Shown here one piece after another: positions 46,286-55,441 of a stretch of 64,000 bases of DNA; within the stretch, counting starts at the first letter, position 1; every line of letters starts with the position of its first letter. Location: positions 9,678 to 73,677 of the forward strand of contig CAYRNZ010000007.1 in assembly GCA_964425765.1 (NCBI GenBank). The letters run 5' to 3'. The notes under the pieces were generated by a model that saw only the letters and a program-made list of their open reading frames with translations, was not told the origin of the DNA and did no database searches. Made by a program: the position numbers and the translations under genes. The stretch comes from an uncultured Synergistaceae bacterium. GTDB lineage: Bacteria > Synergistota > Synergistia > Synergistales > 79-D21.

Positions 46286-47232
46286 TGCCCCACCTGATGA
46301 TCGTGAGCGCCGCTGGGACCTCCCAGCGGCGCCTTGTCTCCGACACCGTCGCCAGTGAAGGGGAAATGGGTTACTCCCTTTCTTCCAGGAGAGAGGGAGG
46401 CGCGTGGAATGACCTGCTCTCCAGCGAAAACGGGGTCGGGCTCTTCGAGCCCAAAAGGCTGGTCCTTGTAGAGGAGGCCCAGGAACTGGGTAAATTCCCA
46501 CTTGGGATGGAATCCCTCCTGGAAGGTCCGGAGTCTTGCACCCACATCCTTCTCGTCTATTCCGACGAACCTCGGAGCCTCTTCGAAAAGGGCATTCACG
46601 CGAGGCTCGCCTGGTTGAAAGGGGAAGATATCCCGCGTTTCGGGACTGCCAGGCAGAGATGGGTGGAATCAAAAGCCGGGGGCCTGGGATTGTCGTTTTC
46701 TCTCGAAGCCATGGGGCTTTTGCTCGACACCGTTGAGGACCCGGAGGAAATGCTTTCCGAGCTTAAGAAACTGAAAGAGTTCCCCAGGGGAAACCCTATA
46801 GGCATCGAAGACGTGCGGACTCTCTGTTTCGACGAGGGTGAAAAAGCCCTCCTCCAATTGCTCGACGGCCTGTGCGAGGCGGATCGGAACAAGGTCGTCG
46901 AATCGTTTAGGCATGTCAGGAGACGTGAGCTCATTCCAGTCGTGGCTGCTTTGCACAACCGCTTCCGTCTCGCCCTCTACCGCTCCTGCCTGACGTCATC
47001 GCGATCCCGGAAATCGGCGGGCGAAGCCCTCAAGGCCCGCCCCTACCAGGATCGGCAGGCGGAACAGGCTACCCGCCATTATTCCAGGGAAGCCCTGTCG
47101 GCCTTGATCAGGGATCTCTGTGCGGTCAATATCGGGGAAAAAACGGGGAACCGGGGCGGGTGGGTGAAACTGGAAATGATCCTTCTGGATTTTCTCGCTT
47201 CCTCCAGGCACCGGGCGACAAAAAAGGCCTAG
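46285..47232 (+). CDS. holA: DNA polymerase III subunit delta (tentative)
   Basis: About 315 aa alpha-helical protein following leuS as in many bacteria; LFEPKRLVLVEEAQEL and later helical-domain patterns resemble HolA; GTG start shares a base with the leuS stop. Confidence 0.6.
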   Translation: MPHLMIVSAAGTSQRRLVSDTVASEGEMGYSLSSRREGGAWNDLLSSENGVGLFEPKRLVLVEEAQELGKFPLGMESLLEGPESCTHILLVYSDEPRSLFEKGIHARLAWLKGEDIPRFGTARQRWVESKAGGLGLSFSLEAMGLLLDTVEDPEEMLSELKKLKEFPRGNPIGIEDVRTLCFDEGEKALLQLLDGLCEADRNKVVESFRHVRRRELIPVVAALHNRFRLALYRSCLTSSRSRKSAGEALKARPYQDRQAEQATRHYSREALSALIRDLCAVNIGEKTGNRGGWVKLEMILLDFLASSRHRATKKA

Positions 47233-47244
47233 GAAAGTGTGGAA

Positions 47245-47273
47245 AAAGCCGCCGGCTACGCGTCGGCGGCTTT
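47245..47273. terminator. Bidirectional terminator hairpin shared by holA and rpsT
   Basis: AAAGCCGCCG-gctacgcgt-CGGCGGCTTT; the right arm includes the last rpsT codons. Confidence 0.6.
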
Positions 47274-47534
47274 CATTGCTTCCTTTGCCCTCATTGTAAG
47301 CATGGACTTGCGCCTGGCTACCGTGTTGGCGTGAAGCACTCCCTTGCCTGCGGCCTTGTCCAGCACGGACTGGGCCTCATCTAGGCGTGACTGTATCAAC
47401 TGGGTATCCTTCCCCTCGAGGCTTTCCAGTAGTTTCTTCGCTGCGGTCTTGCAACGACTCTTCCAGAAACGGTTGTAGAGTCGGTTCCTCTCGGAGATTC
47501 GCACTCGCTTTTCAGCGGACTTCTTGTTGGGCAC
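47256..47534 (-). CDS. rpsT: 30S ribosomal protein S20
   Basis: GTG 47534 after GGAGGAGG gives VPNKKSAEKRVRISERNRLYNRFWKSRCKTAAKK..., typical S20; track ORF is over-extended to 47594. Confidence 0.9.
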   Translation of the reverse strand: MPNKKSAEKRVRISERNRLYNRFWKSRCKTAAKKLLESLEGKDTQLIQSRLDEAQSVLDKAAGKGVLHANTVARRKSMLTMRAKEAMKAADA

Positions 47535-47670
47535 GCGGTTCACCTCCTCCCGTAAAGCAAAGCAAATTCTAGCATGCCCGGGCCAGCCGGGCAAGAAAGA
47601 AAAACGCTCCCTCGCAAAGCCGTATTATACAATAACCGTCGGGCTATCTCACCGGAAAGAGGCGGAATGA

Positions 47671-48597
47671 ATGAAAAGCCCTGAAAAACAGGAAGGCAAC
47701 AAGTGGGGCAAGGTGTGTGTGACGATTGGGCTCATCGGTCTTTCCATTTCAGGATTCTTCCTGGAGGCCCGAAGCCCCGGGCTTGGAAAGGCACTCTGGC
47801 TCGCCGGCGGGTCCGGAATTGTGGGCCTGCTGACCAATGTTCTCGCGGTCAGGATGATTTTCCATAAGATTTTCCTGCGCCTCGGCTCGTGGGAATGGAT
47901 CCTTCCCGGGAGTGGGCTTGTCACGCGCAACCAGGAGAAAATTCTGGAGACCCTCGCCCGAGAGTTAAGGGAAAGGCTGTTGACCCAGGAAACCCTCGAA
48001 AAAGCCGTATTCGAAGGGAAGTTACTGGAACGGGTAGCCCCGACATTCCGGAAGGAGATGCGACGCCTTTTTCTCAGGAGATCGAACCTGAAAAGGATGG
48101 GGGAAGCTATGGAAGGGCCGCTTCAAAGGCTGCTCCTGGGCCACGAGACGGAGAGATTTGTCCGCTCGCAGGTCGAAAAGGCACTGCAGGACAGCCTCAT
48201 CCTCGGCATGGCTGGCAGGTTCGGACTGATAAAGAGTGAAGGGATCGCCGAGTGGATTATCAGGTCCGTTTCCGTCAGCTTGAATCGGTCCCTTCTTACC
48301 GATGAGGGGCTGCGGCAGACCCAGAGAAGACTGGCAGTTCTTCTGGGCAGTGCCGGGAGGCTTGGGGAAGCCGAGATCATGGTGATGTTCAGGGACAGTT
48401 TCGAGCGACTGCTGATAAGGATGCTCCGGGAAATCGACCTTGGGGAACTTGCAAAACGCTCGCTTAGCGAGGCGACTCCCGAGCAACTGGAGAACTACTT
48501 GGAAGAACTCGCCAGGAAATACCTGGATTGGATAGAGATCTGGGGAGGACTCATGGGTGCCTTGCTCGGAGTCGTGATATGGGCGTTGTCGGCCTGA
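47671..48597 (+). CDS. DUF445-like membrane-associated protein (hypothetical)
   Basis: N-terminal TM region with GLLTNVLAVRMIFHK and C-terminal TM (IWGGLMGALLGVVIWAL) as I recall for DUF445/YheB-like proteins. Confidence 0.45.
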   Translation: MKSPEKQEGNKWGKVCVTIGLIGLSISGFFLEARSPGLGKALWLAGGSGIVGLLTNVLAVRMIFHKIFLRLGSWEWILPGSGLVTRNQEKILETLARELRERLLTQETLEKAVFEGKLLERVAPTFRKEMRRLFLRRSNLKRMGEAMEGPLQRLLLGHETERFVRSQVEKALQDSLILGMAGRFGLIKSEGIAEWIIRSVSVSLNRSLLTDEGLRQTQRRLAVLLGSAGRLGEAEIMVMFRDSFERLLIRMLREIDLGELAKRSLSEATPEQLENYLEELARKYLDWIEIWGGLMGALLGVVIWALSA

Positions 48598-50531
48598 AGC
48601 CGCAAGAGATGGAATCGATTTTCGGGGAGACCGGCTTGCTTGCCGGGCTTCCCGGGTTTGAGCCGAGACCCCAGCAGGCGGTCATGGCACGGACAATACG
48701 TGATTTTCTTTCCTCCGGAGGGGAGAAGACGCTGGCGATAGAAGCGCCTACAGGTGTCGGGAAAAGTCTTGCGCTGCTTGTCCCGGCGTTGCTCTGGGCG
48801 TTTGAAGGCAATCGGAGCGTGCTTTTCCTGACGGCCGGGCATGCCTTGCAGGAACAGCTATTTTCCAAGGACCTCCCCTTCCTGGCCAAAGCGTTGCCCG
48901 AGCCGTTCGAATACGGGACCTTGAAGGGGCGAAACAACTATTTTTGCTTGAGAAGGGCTTGCAATCTCGAATCGGGCGGGTTCCTTTCCTTCAACGATGG
49001 AGGGGCGGTCTCCAGGGAGATTTCCGAATGGGCCCGTGAAACGGAAAGTGGCGATTTATCGGAACTGGGGCTGCCGGAAGGTCATCCTGCCCTGGCGGCG
49101 ATCTCCGCAAACCGGGATGGGTGCCTGGGGAGGTTCTGCCTCTTCAGGAAGGAATGCTTCCTGCAGCGGCATTATCAGGAGGCGCGCAGGTGGCGGGTCA
49201 TCGTGGCGAATTACCATCTCTTTTTTTCCCACCTGGACGGGGGAGAACGAACATTCCCGGTTCCTTTCGATGTCCTCATCTGCGACGAGGCTCACAGGAT
49301 TGCCGAGGCCGCCCGCTCTGCCGCGACGCGTTCCGCATCAGTCGAGCGCCTCAGGAAGGCCCTTTCCGCAAGGAGCCTGTCCGACATCGAAAAATGTTTC
49401 CGTGAGTCGGGGTTGCCCACCGCGCAACTGCAGTCGGGCTGGGGAAAAGCTGCCGCAGCTGCCGAGAGGATTTTCCACAATCTCTCCCTGTTGCCGAGGG
49501 AAGAACGGATCTTCAAATCCCCGCTTGCCGAGCTAAGCCATTCCCTGGAAGAATCCATGGGCTTTCTGGCTGCTGAAACGGAGAGGTTGATTCCGCGCCT
49601 GGAAAAGGAATGCGAAAAGGAGAAGGAGGAGGGGCCTTCAGCTTTGGCTGAAGGGTTCGCCGCTGCCAACCGGTTGCTTGAGGCTTACGGGGACCTGGAC
49701 TGGTGCCTCAGGGTCCTCCATTACCCGCATTGGGCGACCTGGTGGGATGGCGTCAGGATACAGAGCGCCCCGGTGATGGCCTATAACGCTGTTCGGGAGG
49801 CCATTTCGTCCCTTTCCGGAATTCCCGTTATCTGTGCTTCCGCAACGCTCTCGGCAGGGGAGGGATTCAAGTTCTGGCAGAAGGAAACCGGGATGAGCCC
49901 CGAAAAGGAACTCGTTCTCGATTCCCCCTTCGATCTCCCTTCCCAAATGTCGATCTGGGTCGTGGAGCTGGGGCTCAAGGTAACCGAAGACGGCTACGAC
50001 GAAAGAGCAAGCCGCGTAATCGAGAAACTTTGTGTTGATAACGGCGGGAGAACGCTTGTCCTTTGCAGCTCGATGAGGCTGCTCCGTGCCGTTTCCGAAA
50101 GGCTGAAAAGCAGGCCCCGGGATTTTCTCGTTCTTTGCCAGGGTGATGGACCCAAAGGGGAACTGCTGGAGCGCTTCAGGGCTGACGCGACATCGGTCCT
50201 CCTGGGCTGTCTGTCTTTCCGCGAGGGGATCGATGTCCCCGGAGAAGGCCTTACCCAGGTGATCCTCGACCGTATCCCGTTTCCCCACCCGGATGACCCG
50301 CTCGTCAGGGCGAGACGCGATCTGGAGGGGAAGGAATCGTTCGTCGAGAGCGCCCTTCCCATGAGCAGGCTTTTACTGAGGCAGGCTTTCGGGCGCCTGA
50401 TCCGGAAAAAAACGGATTCGGGAAAAGCCGTTCTCATGGACAGCCGGGCCCTCTCACGGCCGGATTGGGAGATCCTCAGGGATTTCGAGGGTGTTCCCCT
50501 CAAACGCATTCGCTTGGGTCGAGTGCCTTGA
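48579..50531 (+). CDS. dinG: ATP-dependent DNA helicase, DinG/XPD (Rad3) family
   Basis: Walker A EAPTGVGKS, Cys-rich Fe-S insert (YFCLRRAC, DGCLGRFCLFRKEC), DEAH box ICDEAHRI, C-terminal helicase motifs (REGIDVPG, QAFGRLIR). Confidence 0.82.
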   Translation: MGVVGLKPQEMESIFGETGLLAGLPGFEPRPQQAVMARTIRDFLSSGGEKTLAIEAPTGVGKSLALLVPALLWAFEGNRSVLFLTAGHALQEQLFSKDLPFLAKALPEPFEYGTLKGRNNYFCLRRACNLESGGFLSFNDGGAVSREISEWARETESGDLSELGLPEGHPALAAISANRDGCLGRFCLFRKECFLQRHYQEARRWRVIVANYHLFFSHLDGGERTFPVPFDVLICDEAHRIAEAARSAATRSASVERLRKALSARSLSDIEKCFRESGLPTAQLQSGWGKAAAAAERIFHNLSLLPREERIFKSPLAELSHSLEESMGFLAAETERLIPRLEKECEKEKEEGPSALAEGFAAANRLLEAYGDLDWCLRVLHYPHWATWWDGVRIQSAPVMAYNAVREAISSLSGIPVICASATLSAGEGFKFWQKETGMSPEKELVLDSPFDLPSQMSIWVVELGLKVTEDGYDERASRVIEKLCVDNGGRTLVLCSSMRLLRAVSERLKSRPRDFLVLCQGDGPKGELLERFRADATSVLLGCLSFREGIDVPGEGLTQVILDRIPFPHPDDPLVRARRDLEGKESFVESALPMSRLLLRQAFGRLIRKKTDSGKAVLMDSRALSRPDWEILRDFEGVPLKRIRLGRVP

Positions 50532-50557
50532 AAGCACTCTAGGGGCTGTGTTATAGT
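50528..50557 (+). promoter_or_regulatory. Candidate sigma-70 promoter of rpmH-rnpA-yidD-yidC-jag
   Basis: TTGAAA-18 nt-TATAGT, overlapping the helicase stop codon. Confidence 0.45.
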
Positions 50558-50623
50558 ATCAAGGCTCCGAAACTGGGACATTTAATATTTTTAAGATTTC
50601 CAGACAGCAAGGGGGTGTCGTCA

Positions 50624-50758
50624 GTGAAGCGAACCTTTCAACCCCATAAAACACGCCGCAAGCGGGCTATGGGATTCCTCGTCCGTTCGAGTTCCCCTAC
50701 GGGGCGCCGTGTGATCCGGAACCGGAGACGCAAGGGGCGTAAACGCCTCGCGGTCTAG
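50624..50758 (+). CDS. rpmH: 50S ribosomal protein L34
   Basis: Not in ORF track. GTG 50624 to TAG 50756-50758: [44 protein letters not shown]; GGGGG RBS; abuts rnpA. Confidence 0.92.
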   Translation: MKRTFQPHKTRRKRAMGFLVRSSSPTGRRVIRNRRRKGRKRLAV

Positions 50759-51157
50759 ATGAGTCGCCCTTTCAAGTTTCCGGCGAACTTCAGACTGAAA
50801 AAAGGATGGGAGTTTGATCTGGTCTTCCGCACCAGCCGTCGCGTCAAAGGTGAGCTGGTGCGGTTGTTGTTTGTGGAAACGGGTGAAGGTCCGCCCCGCT
50901 TGGGAGCGGCGGTCGGGAAACGTCAGGGGACTTCCGCGGTCAGGAGCCGGGGACGTCGTGTACTTCGGGAGGCGTTCCGTCATTGTCGGCCCTGGATTAG
51001 GGACGGGATATGGATTGTCGCGATGCTCCGCACGTCCGGACTCAAAGCGGGGGCACACGAAATCTACGAGGAAATGGCACGCCTGTTGGACAGAGAGGGG
51101 TTGTTGGAAGAAGGTATTCCCTTTTTTTTCCCGCGAAACGAGGAGGGCATGAGTTGA
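50759..51157 (+). CDS. rnpA: Ribonuclease P protein component
   Basis: [14 protein letters not shown]...[24 protein letters not shown] (RNR motif region); starts directly after the rpmH stop. Confidence 0.9.
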   Translation: MSRPFKFPANFRLKKGWEFDLVFRTSRRVKGELVRLLFVETGEGPPRLGAAVGKRQGTSAVRSRGRRVLREAFRHCRPWIRDGIWIVAMLRTSGLKAGAHEIYEEMARLLDREGLLEEGIPFFFPRNEEGMS

Positions 51158-51423
51158 GCAGGTCGGTGCCCGCCAGCCTGGCTCTTGCCATGATCAGGTT
51201 CTACCAGGTCTTCATCTCTCCTTTTCTGGGGCGCAACTGCCGTTTCGAGCCGACTTGTTCCTCCTACACGTTCGAAGCGGTTGAACGATACGGTTTTTTC
51301 AAAGGGATCGGCCTAGGGGTGAGGCGGATTCTGAGGTGCGGGCCATGGACCCAGGGCGGCTTCGACCCGGTACCTGATCTCGTAACCACCCCGCAGGGCG
51401 ATAAGAAGAAAACTGAAGCATAG
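51154..51423 (+). CDS. yidD: Membrane protein insertion efficiency factor YidD
   Basis: [37 protein letters not shown]...RRILRCGPW; TTG 51154 overlaps the rnpA stop (alternative ATG about 51190). Confidence 0.88.
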   Translation: MSRSVPASLALAMIRFYQVFISPFLGRNCRFEPTCSSYTFEAVERYGFFKGIGLGVRRILRCGPWTQGGFDPVPDLVTTPQGDKKKTEA

Positions 51424-51428
51424 GGACG

Positions 51429-52220
51429 GTGAATCACTTGGGCAATTTGTGGAGCGCAGCCGGAGACCTGCTGCTCAAGACCCTGAACCTGCTATACGGG
51501 CTTACCCACTCCTACGGTTTGGCGATCATCCTCCTCACGATCCTCGTGAGGTTGATCCTGCATCCGCTGAACCAGAAACAGCTGGTCAGCATGCAGAAAA
51601 TGCAGAAAATCCAGCCGAGAATAAAGGCACTCCAGGAAAAATTCGGCAACGATAAGCAGAAACTGAATGAAGAGACGATGAAGCTCTACAAGGAGAACAA
51701 CGTCAACCCCGCTGCCGGTTGCCTGCCTTTGCTTGTCCAGCTGCCCATCCTAATCCTCCTTTTCAACGTCCTGACGAACTTCAAGTTCGGAGGGGTGTCG
51801 TTTTTCGGTGTGGGCCTTGAAGAATCCGTGTTGTCCACGATGGGGCAAGCTGTCGGCTTGGGAGGCAAGGCTCCGGGGATCATGGCGCTTTTGAGCGGTA
51901 TTGCCGCAAACCCCGCAGGGCTTCTGAACGTTTCCGTTTACGGCGCGAACCTTTTGCTTCTTGTGCTGATCGGTTTTTTGACCTGGTTCCAGCAGCACCT
52001 TTCAGCAGGGAACAACCCCCAGATGGCTTTCATGAACTGGTTCATGCCGGTTTTCCTGACTTTCATCTGCGTTAACCTGCCTGGAGGGGTTCTTCTTTAC
52101 TGGGGTGTTTCTTCGCTGATGAGCGTCTTCCAGCAGTGGAGAGTCGTCAAAACGACAGAGGTCGAAATGGAGAAAAAACCGGTCCTTTTCAAGAACAAGC
52201 CGACACGGGACGGGGAATAG
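51429..52220 (+). CDS. yidC: Membrane protein insertase YidC, short (Oxa1/SpoIIIJ-like) form
   Basis: GLAIILLTILVRLILHPL, MQKIQPRIKALQEKF, NPAAGCLPLLVQLPILI; only 263 aa, with no large periplasmic P1 domain. Confidence 0.9.
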   Translation: MNHLGNLWSAAGDLLLKTLNLLYGLTHSYGLAIILLTILVRLILHPLNQKQLVSMQKMQKIQPRIKALQEKFGNDKQKLNEETMKLYKENNVNPAAGCLPLLVQLPILILLFNVLTNFKFGGVSFFGVGLEESVLSTMGQAVGLGGKAPGIMALLSGIAANPAGLLNVSVYGANLLLLVLIGFLTWFQQHLSAGNNPQMAFMNWFMPVFLTFICVNLPGGVLLYWGVSSLMSVFQQWRVVKTTEVEMEKKPVLFKNKPTRDGE

Positions 52221-52225
52221 CGGAA

Positions 52226-52891
52226 ATGCGGGAAGGTACGGAGGACAGACAAGAAGAAAAGTTCGCCGAATCCTTGGTTCTTGAGACGGACTCTGTCGAG
52301 GGCGCGGTGGAACAGGCGGCTCGCGAATGGGACATCCTGCCGTTCGACGTCAAGGCCCGAGTTTTGGAGGAAGGGAAAAAATTCCTTGGCCTTTTCTCCA
52401 GGAAGACCCGCGTTGAACTTCAACCGGCTGGGGACCTCGATGTCCTGAGAGCCAGGCGCGTCTTATCGGAAATTCTCGGTTTGATGGACATGTCGGTTGA
52501 AATCGAGGTCGGTGAAGACGCGACCCTCAACCTTACAGGCGAAGATTCGGGGATTGTGATCGGGAAGTACGGGGAAACGCTGAAATCCTTGGAAACGCTG
52601 TTGAACCTGGCATTGCGTGATCGCTCCCTCGGCAGGATGATCAGGCTGGATAGCGACGGCTACCGGGAAAGGCGGGAAATCAGCCTGGAAAGGGTTGCCT
52701 TGGCCTCCGCGAAGGAAGCGGTGCGAAGGCGCCGTCCGGTTACCCTGGAGCCGATGTCGAGCTGGGAGCGGCGTGTTGTGCACGTAGCGCTGAAGGATCA
52801 CAAAGAGGTTGAAACCCGCTCAGTCGGGGACGACCCCCAAAGGAGAGTTGTCGTCTGGCCGAAGCACTCCGCCCGTAGCACCGGGAATTAA
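52226..52891 (+). CDS. jag: Jag/KhpB RNA-binding protein (Jag_N-KH-R3H)
   Basis: GKYGETLKSLETLLN (KH), C-terminal EPMSSWERRVVHVAL...SVGDDPQRRVVV (R3H); follows yidC as spoIIIJ-jag. Confidence 0.88.
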   Translation: MREGTEDRQEEKFAESLVLETDSVEGAVEQAAREWDILPFDVKARVLEEGKKFLGLFSRKTRVELQPAGDLDVLRARRVLSEILGLMDMSVEIEVGEDATLNLTGEDSGIVIGKYGETLKSLETLLNLALRDRSLGRMIRLDSDGYRERREISLERVALASAKEAVRRRRPVTLEPMSSWERRVVHVALKDHKEVETRSVGDDPQRRVVVWPKHSARSTGN

Positions 52892-52895
52892 CCAG

Positions 52896-52930
52896 GATTT
52901 CTAAAAGAGGGTCCCTGACAGGGGGCCCTC
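52896..52930 (+). terminator. Putative terminator after jag
   Basis: AGAGGGTCCC-tgacag-GGGGCCCTCT (one G-U pair) followed by ctcgTTTTa. Confidence 0.5.
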
Positions 52931-53054
52931 TCTCGTTTTATGGCCGGAGCACGGAGGTCTACAAGGGGCTCCCGTTCAGTAAAAAAACCGATTCCCCCTA
53001 CCCTGAACATGGCTAGAATAAGAAAAAAACGGTACAAAGGAGAGGTGGTCCTTT

Positions 53055-54470
53055 ATGGCAAAATTCAGGAAAGCAGGGCTGATCGGCGCTATTGCCCTTT
53101 TGCTTGTGATTCTCGGTTATGCGTTGCCCCAGGTTGTCAAGGGAGTTCCTCCTGCGGCTTCCCAAGATGTCTTCACGGGGAACCCGGTGGCGACGATCGC
53201 CAAGAAAGCCTCACCAGCCGTCGTGAACATCGATACGAAAACCCTCGTCAAGAGATCTTTCTCTCCCTTCGGAAACGACCCCTTCTTCAAGCAGTTTTTC
53301 GGAGACCAGATGGACCTTTTCTCCCAGGTCGTCCCGATGGAAGGCAAGGGATCGGGTTTCATCGCGACGCCGGACGGGATGATACTGACCAACAACCACG
53401 TGGTTGACGGAGCCGATTCCGTCACGGTCACCCTTTCTGACGGTCGGCGGTTTGACGCGGAGATCGTGGGTAAAGATCCCACTTATGACCTTGCGGTCAT
53501 CCGGATCAAGGCCAGCAAACTTCCCGTGCTAAAGATGGGCGATTCCGAGCGGACCCAGGTGGGGGAGTGGGTCGTCGCGATAGGGAATCCTTTCGGGCTC
53601 GAGCATACGGTCACTGTGGGGGTCATCTCCGCGAAGAACCGCAGCATCAGGCTTGAGCAGCTCAACTTCGACGGATTCTTCCAGACCGACGCGGCCATCA
53701 ACCCGGGTAATAGTGGAGGCCCTCTGATCAACCTTGAAAACCAGGTTATCGGCATCAACACGGCTATCGTTCCTTACGCCCAAGGAATCGGCTTCGCGAT
53801 CCCGATCAACCTCGCCAAGCAGGTGATGGAGGATCTTGTCAAGTACGGCAGGGTAAAACGGGCCTGGATCGGGGTCTACATGCAGCCGGTCACGCCGGAC
53901 ATGGCTGAGGCTTTCGCCCTGAAATCGACGGAGGGGGCATTGGTAAGCGACGTCGTCCCCAATTCGCCTGCGGAAAAAGCCGGGATACAGCGGGGGGATG
54001 TGCTCAGGTCGGTCGGGAAAACCCCGGTCAAGACGCCCGAAGACCTGTCAAAAGCCGTCAGGAGCAGGGTCGCCGGTGACGTTGTGAAAATCGAGGGTTT
54101 CCGGGATGGAAAAACGGTCAATTTCTCCGTCAAGCTCGAGGAACTCCCGGAACAGGCAGGCAAGCGGGATGCCGTAAAGCCGCAACGTGCCCAGCAACTC
54201 GGGCTGGAGGTGGTCAACCTGGACCCTCAGGCTCGTCAGGCTTATGACCTTCCCGACATCAGGGGCGTCGTTGTCCGCCGAGTGGAGCCGGGTGGGCCCG
54301 CAGGCAAAGCCGGTTTGAAGCCGGGTGACGTCATACAGGGGATCAACGGCAAGCCCGTCAGGGATTTGAAAACCTGGGAATCGGTGTTGAACACGGCGGC
54401 CGGTAAAAACATCGTCCTCCTGGTTTGGAGGGATGGCAGAACGACGTTCGTTCCCCTGAAGACCGAATAA
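53055..54470 (+). CDS. htrA: HtrA/DegP/DegQ-family periplasmic serine protease with PDZ domains
   Basis: Signal anchor, TNNHVV (His), DLAVIRI (Asp), GNSGGPLIN (Ser) catalytic triad; two PDZ-like repeats (GIQRGDVL..., GLKPGDVIQGING). Confidence 0.92.
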   Translation: MAKFRKAGLIGAIALLLVILGYALPQVVKGVPPAASQDVFTGNPVATIAKKASPAVVNIDTKTLVKRSFSPFGNDPFFKQFFGDQMDLFSQVVPMEGKGSGFIATPDGMILTNNHVVDGADSVTVTLSDGRRFDAEIVGKDPTYDLAVIRIKASKLPVLKMGDSERTQVGEWVVAIGNPFGLEHTVTVGVISAKNRSIRLEQLNFDGFFQTDAAINPGNSGGPLINLENQVIGINTAIVPYAQGIGFAIPINLAKQVMEDLVKYGRVKRAWIGVYMQPVTPDMAEAFALKSTEGALVSDVVPNSPAEKAGIQRGDVLRSVGKTPVKTPEDLSKAVRSRVAGDVVKIEGFRDGKTVNFSVKLEELPEQAGKRDAVKPQRAQQLGLEVVNLDPQARQAYDLPDIRGVVVRRVEPGGPAGKAGLKPGDVIQGINGKPVRDLKTWESVLNTAAGKNIVLLVWRDGRTTFVPLKTE

Positions 54471-54481
54471 AGGAAAATACA

Positions 54482-54537
54482 GGCAGAAAAGAGACCGGGA
54501 AGGGAGCTAATACCTCTATCCCGGTCCCTTTTCTGCC
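54482..54537. terminator. Hairpin between convergent htrA and histidine kinase genes
   Basis: GGCAGAAAAGAGACCGGG ... CCCGGTCCCTTTTCTGCC, 18-bp stem with one mismatch and a 20-nt loop; weak U tracts. Confidence 0.4.
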
Positions 54538-54548
54538 GCCCTTTCCGT

Positions 54549-55415
54549 TCAAGGATGGCGAAACCGCACCCTGAATAGCAGACCTTCTCCTGTTGCCGAC
54601 TGGATCTCGGTCTTGCCTTCGTGGAGTTGGACAATCCTGTAGACCAGCGGCAACCCGATCCCATATCCGGGCATGTGCCTTGCGCCGTCTGCCCTCCAGA
54701 AGAGGTCGAAACACCGGCGGATTTCGGCATCCGTCATGCCGGGGCCGGAATCCCAGACTTCCAGCACGCTTTCAGTCGAGGTTTCATCCCGGTATGTCCG
54801 TATCCCCAGGCGCCCCCCGGGGGGGGAATACTTGCTAGCGTTGTCCAGGAGGTTCGTGGTCAGGGTGAGCAGCAAGGGTTTTATCCCGTTGGCCCAGGCT
54901 GGCTCGAGGTCCTTCTGGACATCCTGCCCCCGTCGATTGAAGATCGAGCACATGTTCTGGCAGGCTTCCGAAGCGATGCTCGCGAGATCCTGGGGTTTCA
55001 GGTCGATATTCTTGCCCGCCAGGTCCATTTTGGAGAGTTCCAGCAGAGACTCCACGATGTTCCGCATGGAAATGGAATGTTCGACGATCTCGCGCAGTTT
55101 TTTTTCGTAGAATTCCTTCGAACGCGGCCGCATCAGCGTCACCTCAGCCTTTGCCTTGATCACGCTGAGAGGATTCAGGAGTTCATGGCTGACGTTGGAG
55201 GAATAGCGGTGCGAGTCGCCGATAGCCTGGGATACACGTTCCAGGCAGGCCGACAACGAGGCTTCCAGACGGTCAGCTCCCGGGTCTATCCCCGTCAGGG
55301 GTGGAACAGGGGCTGGTTCCGAGAGGTCGAGCTTCTCGAAGTACTCCGCAAGAATTCCCGCGAGTCTCCCGCCGTTTTCGGGCGAAGGGTGCACGCAGGA
55401 TCGTGCTTCATTCAT
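54549..55415 (-). CDS. Sensor histidine kinase core (DHp + CA only, no TM/HAMP/sensor domain)
   Basis: H-box SNVSHELLNPLS, N-box LLDNASKYS, G1 DSGPGM, G2 GYGIGLPLV; only 288 aa with no hydrophobic segment. Confidence 0.85.
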   Translation of the reverse strand: MNEARSCVHPSPENGGRLAGILAEYFEKLDLSEPAPVPPLTGIDPGADRLEASLSACLERVSQAIGDSHRYSSNVSHELLNPLSVIKAKAEVTLMRPRSKEFYEKKLREIVEHSISMRNIVESLLELSKMDLAGKNIDLKPQDLASIASEACQNMCSIFNRRGQDVQKDLEPAWANGIKPLLLTLTTNLLDNASKYSPPGGRLGIRTYRDETSTESVLEVWDSGPGMTDAEIRRCFDLFWRADGARHMPGYGIGLPLVYRIVQLHEGKTEIQSATGEGLLFRVRFRHP

Positions 55416-55441
55416 CGGGCATCACTTCCCAGGACTTTCTG

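Noticed and set aside
50532-50623. oriC / DnaA-box cluster next to rpmH-rnpA-yidC-jag
   Set aside because: There is no dnaA gene in the window and I found no TTATCCACA-like boxes in the flanking intergenic regions. The upstream neighbour is a co-oriented helicase gene.
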